A stretch of DNA of 60,714 bases from Candidatus Staskawiczbacteria bacterium RIFCSPHIGHO2_02_FULL_43_16 (GCA_001821935.1 MHOU01000012.1:54070-114783), one strand, 5' to 3'. Shown: positions 8,657-19,022, numbered from the stretch's first letter. Numbers and translations: made by a program. The notes: generated by a model not told the origin, from the sequence alone.

Positions 8657-11230
8657 ATGAAAAACAACCCTATGCCATACGAAAAAAATGGATCAAGCCT
8701 AGTATGCTGGTTTTTTATTGTTACCCTATTCTTGCCCATCCTGGTTCTCCCCCCAAGCTTCCAACCTTCTGACTGGACGCGCGTTATGCTATTTCGGGTG
8801 ATCGTTATCACCTTGATTGGTGTATTACTCTTTAAATTTTTCTATAAAAAAGACCTCCGCCTGGAATTGCCCGCTTGGAACACATCCTTGTATGGACCGC
8901 TGATAATCTTGGTAGCTTATTTTGCAACCCTGCTGGCAGCCACGGTATTTTCCCAAGATATTCTTTTTAGCATCTTCGGCTCTCCTGCCCGTGCCGGTGG
9001 CGTATTAAGCATGGTGTGTTACTTTATATTTGCCGTCTTGCTGGCGCTTTTCATTAATAAGCGCCAATGGCAAAGGTTATTCCATATGCTCTTTGCCGCG
9101 GGCATTATGGCTTCACTGCTGGCGTTAGCGCAGTACTTTAACGTCTTTAAGAACATTTTTATTGCTTATGAAGGTGGCTCTGCCCCCTCATTTCTGGGCA
9201 ACTCCACCATTTTGGCAATCTATATGCTGTTTTTGACCTTCCTTTCGTTCACATTTTTTATCCAAGGCAAAAGCCCGAAAATAAAAATAGCTTACGGCAT
9301 GCTGTTCCTTTTGTTTGCGTCTACTATCTTCATTACTGGCTCTCGGGCGGCCTATCTTGGATTATTGGCAGGATTTCTATACTTCTTCTTATTCTTCCCC
9401 TATTCCCATAAAATGAAAGTGCTTAAAATAGCCGCGGTCGCCATTTTACTGTGTTCAGTGCTGGTGGTGGCTATGTTTAACCTGTTGCCCCAACTGGGCG
9501 AAAAAAATAATATCCTCAAAACTGTCTCAAGCCGGGTATCTTTGCAAAGAATCTCCCAAGATATTTTCGGAACGCGGCTTTCGGCATGGAAAATGACCTG
9601 GCAAGCGATAAAAGACAGGCCTCTTTTGGGGTGGGGCCCCGAAAATTTTTATATCGGATTTGAGAAATACTACGATCCCACCCCCTTCGCCACGCCAAAA
9701 CTGTTATGGGACAAGCCTCATAACATCTTTCTGGATGTTGCGGTAAACTCAGGCATCTTTTCCGCCTTGCTGTACATTGCTTTCTGGATCGTTCTTTTCG
9801 CAAGACTTACGATTGCCAAACGCAACCAACAGAAAGATGAGGCCTACGCAGACAATCCATTAAGAATCCACGCCCTCCAGGCGATGTTCATCGGATACCT
9901 TATTGTCCTCTTCTTTAACTTTGACAGCTTTGCCACATACATCATTTCCTTCTTTTTTATCGGATACGCTTTTTACCTCATTACCTTAAAGCAAGAAAAA
10001 ATCGCTCTGCCCATTGTGCAACATACGATATTTCAAAAAAAATTGCCGGCAATTGCGGCCTTGGCAGTTTTGGTTATTTTCTCCTGGTTTTGGAATATCA
10101 AACCCTTATATCTCAATGAAAAAATCGTACGAGCTAAAAACTTAGCTGCCGAAAAACACTGCCAACAAGCATTTGCCATCGCCAACAGCCAAGACTGGTC
10201 ACGATCGGGCATCATGCGACCTTACGCTATTGTAAAATACTCTGAAGTGGTAAGCAACTGCGCCTTTATTGAACCGGAAAAAGAAGTGGAATACTCTCAA
10301 AAAATGGTTTCCTTGCTAAAAACCGCAGGGACCATCCAGCCGTCATTTTCAAAAATATGGGTTTTTATGGGCAGCTTTACCAATGTGCTGGCCGCCCGGG
10401 AAGAAAACTCTGATGCCAAAAAAAACCTTCTAAGGGAAGCCATTGGGTATTTGCAAAAAGCCATTGACTTAAGCCCTGGGCGGCAGGAAGCGTTTGCCCA
10501 AATGGAAAAAAGTTATTTAATCGCCCAAGATTACCCTGCTATGGAAAAAACCGCCCATGATTGCATTGCTATAGACCCGCGGTTTGGCGAATGCTATTGG
10601 CATCTGGGGGTTGCGCAAGTATTTTTAGGAAACCAATTAGAAGGCAAAAAAAACGTTGAATTGGCAGTAAAAAACGGTTACGAAAAACCTCCTTATAAAC
10701 AATTAGCCATCGCCTATATGAGCCAGAAAAACTGGAAAGAGGCGGTATTAGCTTACGAACAAGTCCCGATATATTACGAGAATAAAGAGGAAGCTGCCAG
10801 CATACACGCAGTCTTGGCATTTTTATACGATAAAGCCGGAGACTATGTCAAAGCCGGCGAATCGGCGCTGGAAGTTTTCAAGCTTCAGCCTGAAAATCCC
10901 GAAACCATCCCCTTCATCAAATTATTACTGGGCAAACGTCCCAACGACTCCATTTTAAAATCGTCGCTGGCCTTTATTTACCTGCAACCGGGCCCCCAGC
11001 AAGAACTTTCCAAAGCCAAAGCTATTTACCTTCAACTGGCGGCCGACTATCCCGCCAACGCCAGCTACCGCTGGGAATTGGCCAAGATTTGTTACCAATT
11101 GAAACAATATGACCAGGCCTGGCGGCACGCTCTGGCTATTTTAGGTATAAACCCAAAGGCACGGGAAGGCGTAGAAGAATTCATAAAAACATTGCCGGCA
11201 GAATATTGGCAAAGTTATCTTCAGCGATAA
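8657..11230 (+). CDS. O-antigen ligase/polymerase-like membrane protein with C-terminal TPR repeats
   Basis: About 450 aa of multi-TM region with a Wzy_C-like core (ITGSRAAYLGLLAGF), followed by TPR-like helical repeats (AIDLSPGRQEAF..., CIAIDPRFGECYWHLG...). Confidence 0.7.
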   Translation: MKNNPMPYEKNGSSLVCWFFIVTLFLPILVLPPSFQPSDWTRVMLFRVIVITLIGVLLFKFFYKKDLRLELPAWNTSLYGPLIILVAYFATLLAATVFSQDILFSIFGSPARAGGVLSMVCYFIFAVLLALFINKRQWQRLFHMLFAAGIMASLLALAQYFNVFKNIFIAYEGGSAPSFLGNSTILAIYMLFLTFLSFTFFIQGKSPKIKIAYGMLFLLFASTIFITGSRAAYLGLLAGFLYFFLFFPYSHKMKVLKIAAVAILLCSVLVVAMFNLLPQLGEKNNILKTVSSRVSLQRISQDIFGTRLSAWKMTWQAIKDRPLLGWGPENFYIGFEKYYDPTPFATPKLLWDKPHNIFLDVAVNSGIFSALLYIAFWIVLFARLTIAKRNQQKDEAYADNPLRIHALQAMFIGYLIVLFFNFDSFATYIISFFFIGYAFYLITLKQEKIALPIVQHTIFQKKLPAIAALAVLVIFSWFWNIKPLYLNEKIVRAKNLAAEKHCQQAFAIANSQDWSRSGIMRPYAIVKYSEVVSNCAFIEPEKEVEYSQKMVSLLKTAGTIQPSFSKIWVFMGSFTNVLAAREENSDAKKNLLREAIGYLQKAIDLSPGRQEAFAQMEKSYLIAQDYPAMEKTAHDCIAIDPRFGECYWHLGVAQVFLGNQLEGKKNVELAVKNGYEKPPYKQLAIAYMSQKNWKEAVLAYEQVPIYYENKEEAASIHAVLAFLYDKAGDYVKAGESALEVFKLQPENPETIPFIKLLLGKRPNDSILKSSLAFIYLQPGPQQELSKAKAIYLQLAADYPANASYRWELAKICYQLKQYDQAWRHALAILGINPKAREGVEEFIKTLPAEYWQSYLQR

Positions 11231-11246
11231 ATCCGGCACGAAAAAC

Positions 11247-11272
11247 AAAAAACCCGCTTTCGCGGGTTTTTT
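11247..11272. terminator. Bidirectional intrinsic terminator between convergent genes
   Basis: The sequence aaaaaacccgc-tttc-gcgggtttttt forms a GC stem flanked by an A-run and a T-run. Confidence 0.8.
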
Positions 11273-11330
11273 GTTTTTCCCTTAAGCCCCGGCTAAACGC
11301 CGCAGAGCAAGGGTTTCATTCGGTGAGCAA

Positions 11331-14300
11331 CTAGTCAGTCCAAGCTTCGCTGTCAATGGTATTGAACAGGTAGCTATTGGACCAATCCTTGGTGCTAGCA
11401 TCATCATCCGGTGAGTGGGCAACTGCCGACTCATCAGACCAAATGAGGTTTGCGTCTTCAGCTGAAGCATCTGCCGTAGATGAAGAGAACAATCTTACAA
11501 AGTTGGTCGGTGACGCCGTACCCAAGTTCAAGAAATTGTACGTTAATGTCTGGGCCGCAGTATCAGGAATAAACTGCAAGGAAACGCTGTCAGATGCCGC
11601 ATAAGTTGCAGCGTCGGTTACGTTAAATCCTTGTGGAGTACCCCGTAGAGTGTAGGTAGTGGTTGAGCCGGCTGAAGTAGTTGATTCTTCAGTATCTCCG
11701 TCCCAAGTTACTACGATTTTGGTATCCAGTTCACTAACTCCGCTGGTGCTTTCTACGGTCGCTCCGGTCAAGTTTCCGGTAATAGCTACCGTTGAAGTGA
11801 TATCAACACCGTTTTCATAGAGCTTTAAGGACTCTAATTCAAGGGCATCAGTACCTCCTTCTCCATCAGACCAGCCCAAGTCAATCTTGAACTGCTTCAT
11901 GTGGATTGTGCCCTGCGTCGGAGCGGCGATTGTAAACTTATACAAATCTACCGGGCTTCCGTTAATCAGGGTGCTATTGGTCAGGTTAACACTGCCCAAT
12001 GTTGGAACAGCCTTGTAGACAATGGTCTTGTTGGCTGTGTTTGAAGCTGCCGTTGGCGGATCAACTTCGGTTTCAACGCCCTGGGAATCAGCATACTTGG
12101 TGTAAGTCATAATAGCCTTAGTATCAAGATTCCAGCTTGCGTTGGTGGCTGAAGGATCGGCGATCAAGTTGTAGTACAAATCTACTCTCTTTGAAGTAGA
12201 AGTAGGTACCGCAATGCTCAAACCGGTGAATCTGAAGTCACCTGAAGAGCTGACTGGCATGGTAGCCAATGTGGCGCCCGTGGCGGTATCTTTCAAAGTG
12301 GCAGAAGAAATCACGATCGCATTGCTGTTGGCCGTAAACCTCATTTCCCTAACCGTGTAGTTCTCGTAAGAAGAGGTCAACTTGAACCTTCCTGCCAAGA
12401 CCGACTGATTGCCGGATACAATTTGGTTTTGAGGCGTACCATCAAACGTACTGGCGAATGCGCCGGTGCTGAAGCTAATCGTTTGGCCGGCTACTGCTGC
12501 AGAATTGGCGGCTACCGCAGAACTGGTGGTAGTTCCATCAACGTCAACAGTAACAACTCCGTCTCCAGAACCCATGGTTGACCTGACATCCATATAGACA
12601 GTTACGTCAATGGTTTGTCCGGCTGGCAAGTTGTAGTTAATTGACCATGAATTGGTTGCGGCAACGGTTGACTTAACCGAAGTGGTCTGGTCTCCGTACT
12701 TTACATAGATGTTATTGGATTCTCCGCTAACATCGTCTACGGCAACGTTAATGGCCGTCAAGTTAACCGCTTCTGAAGTAGCTGCAGTTAAGGTGTAATG
12801 ACCCATTTTGTAGGCAGTAACCGGAGCAACTACGGTGTGATTGGTGTAAGCGGTGTACTTGGCTAATGTCAAGGTACCTTGCTTAACGGTTAAGGTATTG
12901 GCATCAGTGTCAGATGCAGGAACGTCCAACGTAGTCGCAGAGGTTAACCCTGTTGCGTTATTGTTGGTTGAAGCTCCTTCAATTCTTACCTTAAGGGTAG
13001 TATCCGTAACAATTGAGTTAGTGGTATCTGAAGTTCCGGTATCGTAAACGTCAGCCTTGACTTCCAAGGTTACCGGGCTTCCTGGTTCAACAATCAATGA
13101 AGAACCTAAACTGAAAGTAGTGTAGTCATTTCCTGAATCATCCGGATCATACAAAGTAGTGGTGCTTCCAATCTGTACGCCATTGGCATACAGTGCTCCA
13201 TTCCTTAATCCGGAAATTCCTGAAGTGCTGCCGATAACTGAAATGTATAATGTTTCAATTTTTACTTTTTCACCGGCGGCTTTCAATTCAAATTTCGCCA
13301 GAGAAGCATTTGAAGCTCCGTCAACAATATCTCCTGATGGAGAAGTTGTCATTTTGGTAACGGTAATGGTTCCGGAATTAATGGTCTGTTCACCGGTTGA
13401 GCGCTTAGTAAATGAGGCGTCTGAAACCAAATCAGACAAGATATTCGCATTGTACTGCGTGTCAACAACGGTCACATCAGCTGAATTCCACAAATGCATG
13501 GTGAAAGTCAAGCTTGAGCCACCAATAACGTCGGCTACCAATTTAATAACCCTGGTTCCGGCTTCCAATCTTTTTGGAGCGCCTGACAAATCAAAGGTTA
13601 CATAGCTTCCGGCATCCAATACGCTAGATGAAGACAATTGCATTGTCTGGCCAACTTGCACTCCGTCAACATAGAGTTTGAAGTTTTGCAAATCGGTATT
13701 GCTAGCGCTACCGGTCTTTTTGAAGCTGATTCTGGTCATATCGGCCGCACGAGTTGTAACAATCACGCTGTTTTGGAAAACAGTGTAACCATCCTGTGGG
13801 TCAATTGAAGCTTCGGCTGGGGTTGTAGTAGCGTTCCACTCTACTCCTGCCAAAGTTCCGGTGGCCAAAGTCATCAAGTTTCCGGTAATTGGGAATGTTC
13901 CCTTTACAGAGCTGGCATTGGTGGTTACATCAGATGATGTAACAACTTGCATGCCAACCGTTTCTCCGGAAGTTCCATTAACGTCAGACAATACCCAAAT
14001 CGTTACAGAACCCATTGAAGGAACGGTAAAGATTCCGGCAGTGTTGGTGAAGTTAACCATGGTGCTGGAAACTGAAGCGGAATCAGTTAACCGAGTGGCT
14101 CCGTTGAACAAATAGACATTTGTCAAAGAAGCATCGGCTGAAACTCCGATTCTCTTCAATTTCAAACCGGTCACTTTTACTTCGGCGTTATCGCCATTGG
14201 TAAAGGTTAACGCGGCTAACGGGGCCAAAGCCTGTCCGTCAACAATGGTTCCGGTCATCGGATTGTTTGAGGCCAACATTACTGAAAGGCCTGCTCCGGT

Positions 14301-14783
14301 TGGAACTGGCGTTGGTGTTGGTGATGGTGTTGGGCTTGGAGTTGAACCAGACAACCAAGCATTCAATTTTGCTCTCGTCAGTGGACCAACCTGGTTTGCA
14401 GGCGTCCATCCTTGCTGAGTCTGGTATTTTTTAACAGCTATTAAGGTTAATCCACCGAAATAGGATGTTTCCATGCCAGGTGATCCTGCTCCCGATACTG
14501 CAACTTGGGTTGAAGCCGAAGCGTTCATAAGCGCTTGTAAGCACTTAACGTCTGAACCCGTAGATCCAACGGCCAAATTCCTAGTAAAGGTGATGCCAAT
14601 GCAAGCCGAAGGAGTTCCTCCGGTATCGCTTGTTTGACCTTGTAATAAGGCCAATTGGGCCATCAATGCGTTAATCTGGGCTTGCAAATCGGCAACGGTC
14701 AAAGCGCCAGCTGTCGCAGGAGCAATCATGGCAACCATAGTCAAAGCGACTGTGGCTGAGATAATTGTTTTTCTTATATTCAT
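11331..14783 (-). CDS. Giant secreted surface protein: signal peptide, peptidoglycan-binding domain, Pro/Thr linker, repeated Thr/Ser-rich beta modules
   Basis: N-terminal signal-like MNIRKTIISATVALTMVAMIAPATAGA. PG_binding_1-like GSTGSDVKCLQALMN...YFGGLTLIAVKKYQTQQGW. Linker STPSPTPSPTPTPVPT. Recurring modules contain LKLKRIG, FKLYVDGVQVGQT, ALYANGVQIGS and LKLYENGVDITS. Confidence 0.75.
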   Translation of the reverse strand: MNIRKTIISATVALTMVAMIAPATAGALTVADLQAQINALMAQLALLQGQTSDTGGTPSACIGITFTRNLAVGSTGSDVKCLQALMNASASTQVAVSGAGSPGMETSYFGGLTLIAVKKYQTQQGWTPANQVGPLTRAKLNAWLSGSTPSPTPSPTPTPVPTGAGLSVMLASNNPMTGTIVDGQALAPLAALTFTNGDNAEVKVTGLKLKRIGVSADASLTNVYLFNGATRLTDSASVSSTMVNFTNTAGIFTVPSMGSVTIWVLSDVNGTSGETVGMQVVTSSDVTTNASSVKGTFPITGNLMTLATGTLAGVEWNATTTPAEASIDPQDGYTVFQNSVIVTTRAADMTRISFKKTGSASNTDLQNFKLYVDGVQVGQTMQLSSSSVLDAGSYVTFDLSGAPKRLEAGTRVIKLVADVIGGSSLTFTMHLWNSADVTVVDTQYNANILSDLVSDASFTKRSTGEQTINSGTITVTKMTTSPSGDIVDGASNASLAKFELKAAGEKVKIETLYISVIGSTSGISGLRNGALYANGVQIGSTTTLYDPDDSGNDYTTFSLGSSLIVEPGSPVTLEVKADVYDTGTSDTTNSIVTDTTLKVRIEGASTNNNATGLTSATTLDVPASDTDANTLTVKQGTLTLAKYTAYTNHTVVAPVTAYKMGHYTLTAATSEAVNLTAINVAVDDVSGESNNIYVKYGDQTTSVKSTVAATNSWSINYNLPAGQTIDVTVYMDVRSTMGSGDGVVTVDVDGTTTSSAVAANSAAVAGQTISFSTGAFASTFDGTPQNQIVSGNQSVLAGRFKLTSSYENYTVREMRFTANSNAIVISSATLKDTATGATLATMPVSSSGDFRFTGLSIAVPTSTSKRVDLYYNLIADPSATNASWNLDTKAIMTYTKYADSQGVETEVDPPTAASNTANKTIVYKAVPTLGSVNLTNSTLINGSPVDLYKFTIAAPTQGTIHMKQFKIDLGWSDGEGGTDALELESLKLYENGVDITSTVAITGNLTGATVESTSGVSELDTKIVVTWDGDTEESTTSAGSTTTYTLRGTPQGFNVTDAATYAASDSVSLQFIPDTAAQTLTYNFLNLGTASPTNFVRLFSSSTADASAEDANLIWSDESAVAHSPDDDASTKDWSNSYLFNTIDSEAWTD

Positions 14784-15020
14784 TTTATTATTATTTTGTA
14801 GTGTTTTAATTATTTGGACTATATTTCTCGTCGCATCGACCGATTAATAGTTAAATCCCAGAGTATTCGTTTGGGCTCGCAAAGCGAGCTTTGGCGGTGA
14901 ACCCTTGCGGGGTTCTAAATTTCGCGGTTTTACGTATTAACAACGAAGTTCATTGTCAAAACCCACTCGCGAATAATTTAACTATATTTAGCGACTCGTC
15001 AATTGTTAATGGTATTATTT

Positions 15021-15066
15021 CCGTAAATTGCGAAAACCTTTTTAAAAAGGTTTTCGCAATTTACGG
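15021..15066. terminator. 46-nt perfect palindrome immediately 3' of the anti-sigma-like gene
   Basis: ccgtaaattgcgaaaaccttttt|aaaaaggttttcgcaatttacgg is perfectly self-complementary. It starts 8 nt after the stop codon at 15074. Confidence 0.5.
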
Positions 15067-15073
15067 AAGGTTC

Positions 15074-15778
15074 TTAATTACTCTTTATCGCCATGCTCAA
15101 TAATAAGATACTTTCTAATGCGTCTGTGTATCGCTCTTTGTCATACAATTCTTTGGCAATATCCAGGGCTTCTTGTTGGCTTTCGGTCAAACTGGTTGCC
15201 TCTAAATCTTTAATCATCTGTTCTGCCACGGTTTTGTACAAATCATTTGAAGTGGCTTTCAATTCGGCTGAGCCTTGCACATCCAGGTAGGTTTTATTAT
15301 TATTGATTTCCAGCGCTATTTCTTTTGCCACGCCCGGGTCTTTCTTAATAATTTCGGTTAACTGTTTGGCGGCGGCCTTCACGTTATCAACTGCCAACGA
15401 AACGGCAACCGGATCACTTTTTGCTGTTATGGCTAATTCCTTTGATTTTTCTTTAAACACTTCCACGTTGCTTTTCGCTTCTATGATTGCGGCCTGGGAG
15501 GCAACTTGAACTCCCTGATTACCCAACAAATCAAACTGCATAATACCTACCGAGCCCACCAACAAAATAGCTAAAGCCGCGTAAGCGTAAGCAAATTTTC
15601 TTTGAAAAACCATCCCCAATAAACCCTGTAGCCCAGCTGCAATTCCGCGTTTTTGGGCGTAAATTTCCGCGTGATTCCGCGAATCTAAGATTTGGATTTT
15701 AGACAAAATCACCCACTCTTTCCTTGGGCTGATGTTTTTGAGTTCCTTTAACTTAGTAATGAGTTCTTGTTCTTGCAT
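15074..15778 (-). CDS. Anti-sigma-factor-like single-pass membrane protein (DUF5667-like)
   Basis: Lies directly downstream of the ECF sigma gene. Has one central TM segment (FAYAYAALAILLVGSVGIM) and a helical C-terminal region. Confidence 0.5.
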   Translation of the reverse strand: MQEQELITKLKELKNISPRKEWVILSKIQILDSRNHAEIYAQKRGIAAGLQGLLGMVFQRKFAYAYAALAILLVGSVGIMQFDLLGNQGVQVASQAAIIEAKSNVEVFKEKSKELAITAKSDPVAVSLAVDNVKAAAKQLTEIIKKDPGVAKEIALEINNNKTYLDVQGSAELKATSNDLYKTVAEQMIKDLEATSLTESQQEALDIAKELYDKERYTDALESILLLSMAIKSN

Positions 15779-15817
15779 TACAGTTACGACGCCAGACCCA
15801 TTTTTTTGTTACAGCTA

Positions 15818-16336
15818 CTAAGCTTCTTCAATAAGCTGATCTTTAAGCATTTCCAGACCTCGGTGGATCATTACCCTCACTGTTCCGGCCGGCCGGCCCG
15901 TCATTTGGGCAATCTCCTCTGTTGGCATATCTTCCAAATAGTGCCAAATAATCACATCCTGGTATTCTTGCTTCACACTAGCCAAGGCCGCCTTGATGGC
16001 GTCCATATCAGCATTCAGCACCGCTCTATCGTGAATATTTGTCCTATCATCAATCAATTGCGGCACGCTTTCAGTAGACACGGTTGCTTTACGATCTTTT
16101 TGGCGATAATGGTCTATGGCCATATTCCCGGCAATTTTATACAGAAACGCTCTCATATTTTCAATGGCTTGGCCTTTTTGATAGGCCTCCCACGCCTTAG
16201 TAAATACCCGCGAGGTGATATCTTCAGCCGTTTCCTGGGAACTAACCTTCAAATAAACAAACCGATATATTTTATCAATATATTGGTCGTAAATAAGGCT
16301 GAATTGTTCTTTATGAGTATCCATAGATAGTATCAC
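15818..16336 (-). CDS. ECF-type RNA polymerase sigma-70 family factor
   Basis: Region 2 is YDQYIDKIYRFVYLKVSSQETAEDITSRVFTKAW. Region 4 is YQDVIIWHYLEDMPTEEIAQMTGRPAGTVRVMIHRGL. The start may be the ATG at 16324 (MDTHKE). Confidence 0.85.
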   Translation of the reverse strand: MILSMDTHKEQFSLIYDQYIDKIYRFVYLKVSSQETAEDITSRVFTKAWEAYQKGQAIENMRAFLYKIAGNMAIDHYRQKDRKATVSTESVPQLIDDRTNIHDRAVLNADMDAIKAALASVKQEYQDVIIWHYLEDMPTEEIAQMTGRPAGTVRVMIHRGLEMLKDQLIEEA

Positions 16337-16369
16337 ATTGATAGGACATTATCAAGTCTTGTTAGGACA

Positions 16370-16951
16370 TTATGAAATAAGGTGTGTCCCATCAATTTTT
16401 TGGTAAACAACCTGGTTAAATTCTCCCATCCGCGTGATTTTTCCCTTTTTTAATAAATCATCCAAATCACGCCTGATGGTTCTCTTGGTCACATTGGGCA
16501 TTTCCTTAATAATATCTTGCACTTGTACCTTTTTCTTGCGATTCAGTATTTTTAAAATTTTTTCTTGGCGGTCGGAATAATTCTCTGAAGTAATACCCTT
16601 AGGACGTACTTTTGGGCTAAATATTTCATTTGTTTTTAATTTTTTGTCATCTAAGTTTTTATTGGGAATTGGAAATTGGGAATTGGGAATTTGTTTTTTA
16701 ATGAGTTCCCATTCTTTTTTAACAATCAAAAAGTTAATGTCATGTATCCAGCCCTGGGCTCTGGCCAGTTCCAAATAATATTGGAGCATGCCAATATCAT
16801 CATCCAACGTAGAATCAACCAGAACTGCGGCCAGTTTTTCCATAATCAAAAGTGTCTTTTCTTTGGCTTTATTTTTAAGCGGATCCCCTTCCGGAAAAAA
16901 ATCCAAAAGCTTGTAGGTAGCGTTGATTATTTTTATGAAATTATTGTCCAT
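16370..16951 (-). CDS. HTH (DeoR-like winged-helix) transcriptional regulator with helical N-domain
   Basis: C-terminal QEKILKILNRKKKVQVQDIIKEMPNVTKRTIRRDLDDLLKKGKI. A simple-repeat linker encodes IPNSQFPIPNK. Confidence 0.6.
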   Translation of the reverse strand: MDNNFIKIINATYKLLDFFPEGDPLKNKAKEKTLLIMEKLAAVLVDSTLDDDIGMLQYYLELARAQGWIHDINFLIVKKEWELIKKQIPNSQFPIPNKNLDDKKLKTNEIFSPKVRPKGITSENYSDRQEKILKILNRKKKVQVQDIIKEMPNVTKRTIRRDLDDLLKKGKITRMGEFNQVVYQKIDGTHLIS

Positions 16952-16962
16952 GTAATTTTAGA

Positions 16963-16991
16963 ATTTTATCAAAAAATCTCGGTAAAGTCAA
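16963..16991 (-). promoter_or_regulatory. Sigma-70-like promoter for the HTH regulator gene
   Basis: The minus strand reads TTGACT, a 17-nt spacer, then TAAAAT, which ends 11 nt upstream of the ATG at 16951. An ATGTCCTAT motif abuts the -35 element. Confidence 0.45.
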
Positions 16992-17069
16992 AGATAGGAC
17001 ATGGGGAAAAATGAGCCAAAAAAATACCGCGCCCTATCGCGCAGCACTCGCCGGTGACTTTTTTACTTG

Positions 17070-19022
17070 CTAAAGTTGGCCGGGCGATCCGCCCACGTCA
17101 ATACTGGCTTGCCAATTATCGGCGCTACTTCCCAATAAGAGTGTGTCTTTACGCTGCATAGTTTGCTTGGTCGTGTTGTTGCCCGCAAACCAACCGGTAC
17201 TACAGTCCACTTCATCAACCACATTTCCTTGAGCACCGTAAAGATACAAATATTCCCCGGCATTTGCCAGGGCGCCCGTATATAATTGGTCTGCGACAAC
17301 ATCGGGCACAGAATCATCATCCGTCCTTTCCAGCAAATAAAATCCCTGCGCTTCAATGGAACCCGAAAGCTCAATAAGCGGCGCGCCATCGGCCGCTTGC
17401 AATTTCCAGCCCGAAAGGCTGACTGCCTGGCTACCCGGATTAAAAAGTTCTATCCATTCTTTATTGACCGAAACCACGCTTCCCATCCAGGCAATTTCAT
17501 TAATAACAATGGCCAACTGCGATTCGGGCGAATCCTGGGAACCGGGCGGGTCAGCAGACGGGTCAGCCGGATAATCTGCGGGCAAATCTTCTGACGCGAG
17601 AGTTTTAGGGGCGATGACCTCATCAACCAACGCACCATTGGCATCGTATAATAAAATCACATTGGTGTCAGCAATAGAAAAACTACTGCCCGAATACCTC
17701 AAATCAGGCAGCGCAGAACCGGTGTAATTTTCTGTTCCGTCATCATTAGCTTGGGGCGCTATCAGAAAATATCCACCAGAACCAATACTTCCCGTAAAAG
17801 CGGCCGAAGAAACTAAATTACTTTCCGTACCACCGGCGGTTTTCTTTTTTAAAGCAAAACCTTGCAAATTCACCGCCACATCGTTGGGATTATACAAAGT
17901 AATAAATTCGTCTTTTACAGTTTGCCCCTCAGTTTGGACTTCATGAATCAACACTTTTTTAAACAAATATTCCTGCGCCGCCGGAGGCGGCGCAGGTGCC
18001 TCGGGCATAAGTGTTCGCTCGGGCTCCCTTATATACGCCACATTTTTTGCCCGAGGCGTTGGCTGGCCAATCTCAAAATCGGATTGGTTGTTATTAGTAT
18101 CCTGGAGCTCGCCCGAAACCATTCTTCGGCTGATGCTCTGACCTTCGGCGGGGTTAGTGGCGGCCAATAATTCATAATCGCCGGCATCTCCAAATCCCAC
18201 TTTATCAGAAATTTCCCCGGCCGGATTTTTAAGAGCCAGCGTGTTATCTTCGGTCAACGGATTATCTATAAAAATACCAGCCACAAAACCCGCCTCTTCT
18301 CGCGCAATCAAAAAATACCCATGGGCGGGTATCTTTTTACCGGAAAATAACGCAGCTGAGGCAAATGTAGAAAAGCTGGTAGCATTTTTGGTTTTGCGCT
18401 GTAAATACCATCCATCCAAACTAACTTCCACACCTTCCGTATTATATAATTCCACAAATTCCTGTTTTGAGTCGGCCAGTCCGCCAATCTGCACCTCTGA
18501 AATTAAAATTTTAGGATAGGTAACGCTGATTTGGCTGGTGGCAGTAACATGTACGGGATTATCCTGCGGAACCACCGTAATCGGGGCAACTGGTTTTGGG
18601 GGTGGTTGCGAAGCCAAAACATTTTCATTGGCCGGTTCAATGACCTTAGGCTCAAGATACTCCAGATCCCGAATTTGCCCCTGCAAAACATCAATTTTTT
18701 TCACAATATCATCTCTTTGGGCTTGGGCGGGGCTGTCTTGGGTACTTTTAGGCGCAAATGTCAAAGCAACTTCTTGGGCATCTGCATTTCTCACAGCCGC
18801 CGGTTCATTTTCTTGCGGTGGTGTTTCAAAAAAAGTAGGAATGTCCGTTTTGTTTGCCGGCTGCCCATTAAAAGAGCTCAGGCTCGCCATAAACGCCTTT
18901 GAACCCAAGGCCGCGCCAAAAATAATCTCTTTTTCAAAAAAGAAAATAGCAGACAGCGCCAAAAAAATTGCTACTGCCAAAAAAACTTTTCTCATATCTT
19001 GTTCTTTTATTGTACAATTCAT
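17070..19022 (-). CDS. Secreted protein with three lamin-tail-domain (LTD) repeats
   Basis: N-terminal TM/signal segment. Three repeats of the LTD pattern: ILISEVQIGG...EFVELYNTEGVEVSLDGWYLQRK, VLIHEVQTEG...EFITLYNPNDVAVNLQGFALKKK and IVINEIAWMG...EWIELFNPGSQAVSLSGWKLQ. Confidence 0.8.
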   Translation of the reverse strand: MNCTIKEQDMRKVFLAVAIFLALSAIFFFEKEIIFGAALGSKAFMASLSSFNGQPANKTDIPTFFETPPQENEPAAVRNADAQEVALTFAPKSTQDSPAQAQRDDIVKKIDVLQGQIRDLEYLEPKVIEPANENVLASQPPPKPVAPITVVPQDNPVHVTATSQISVTYPKILISEVQIGGLADSKQEFVELYNTEGVEVSLDGWYLQRKTKNATSFSTFASAALFSGKKIPAHGYFLIAREEAGFVAGIFIDNPLTEDNTLALKNPAGEISDKVGFGDAGDYELLAATNPAEGQSISRRMVSGELQDTNNNQSDFEIGQPTPRAKNVAYIREPERTLMPEAPAPPPAAQEYLFKKVLIHEVQTEGQTVKDEFITLYNPNDVAVNLQGFALKKKTAGGTESNLVSSAAFTGSIGSGGYFLIAPQANDDGTENYTGSALPDLRYSGSSFSIADTNVILLYDANGALVDEVIAPKTLASEDLPADYPADPSADPPGSQDSPESQLAIVINEIAWMGSVVSVNKEWIELFNPGSQAVSLSGWKLQAADGAPLIELSGSIEAQGFYLLERTDDDSVPDVVADQLYTGALANAGEYLYLYGAQGNVVDEVDCSTGWFAGNNTTKQTMQRKDTLLLGSSADNWQASIDVGGSPGQL

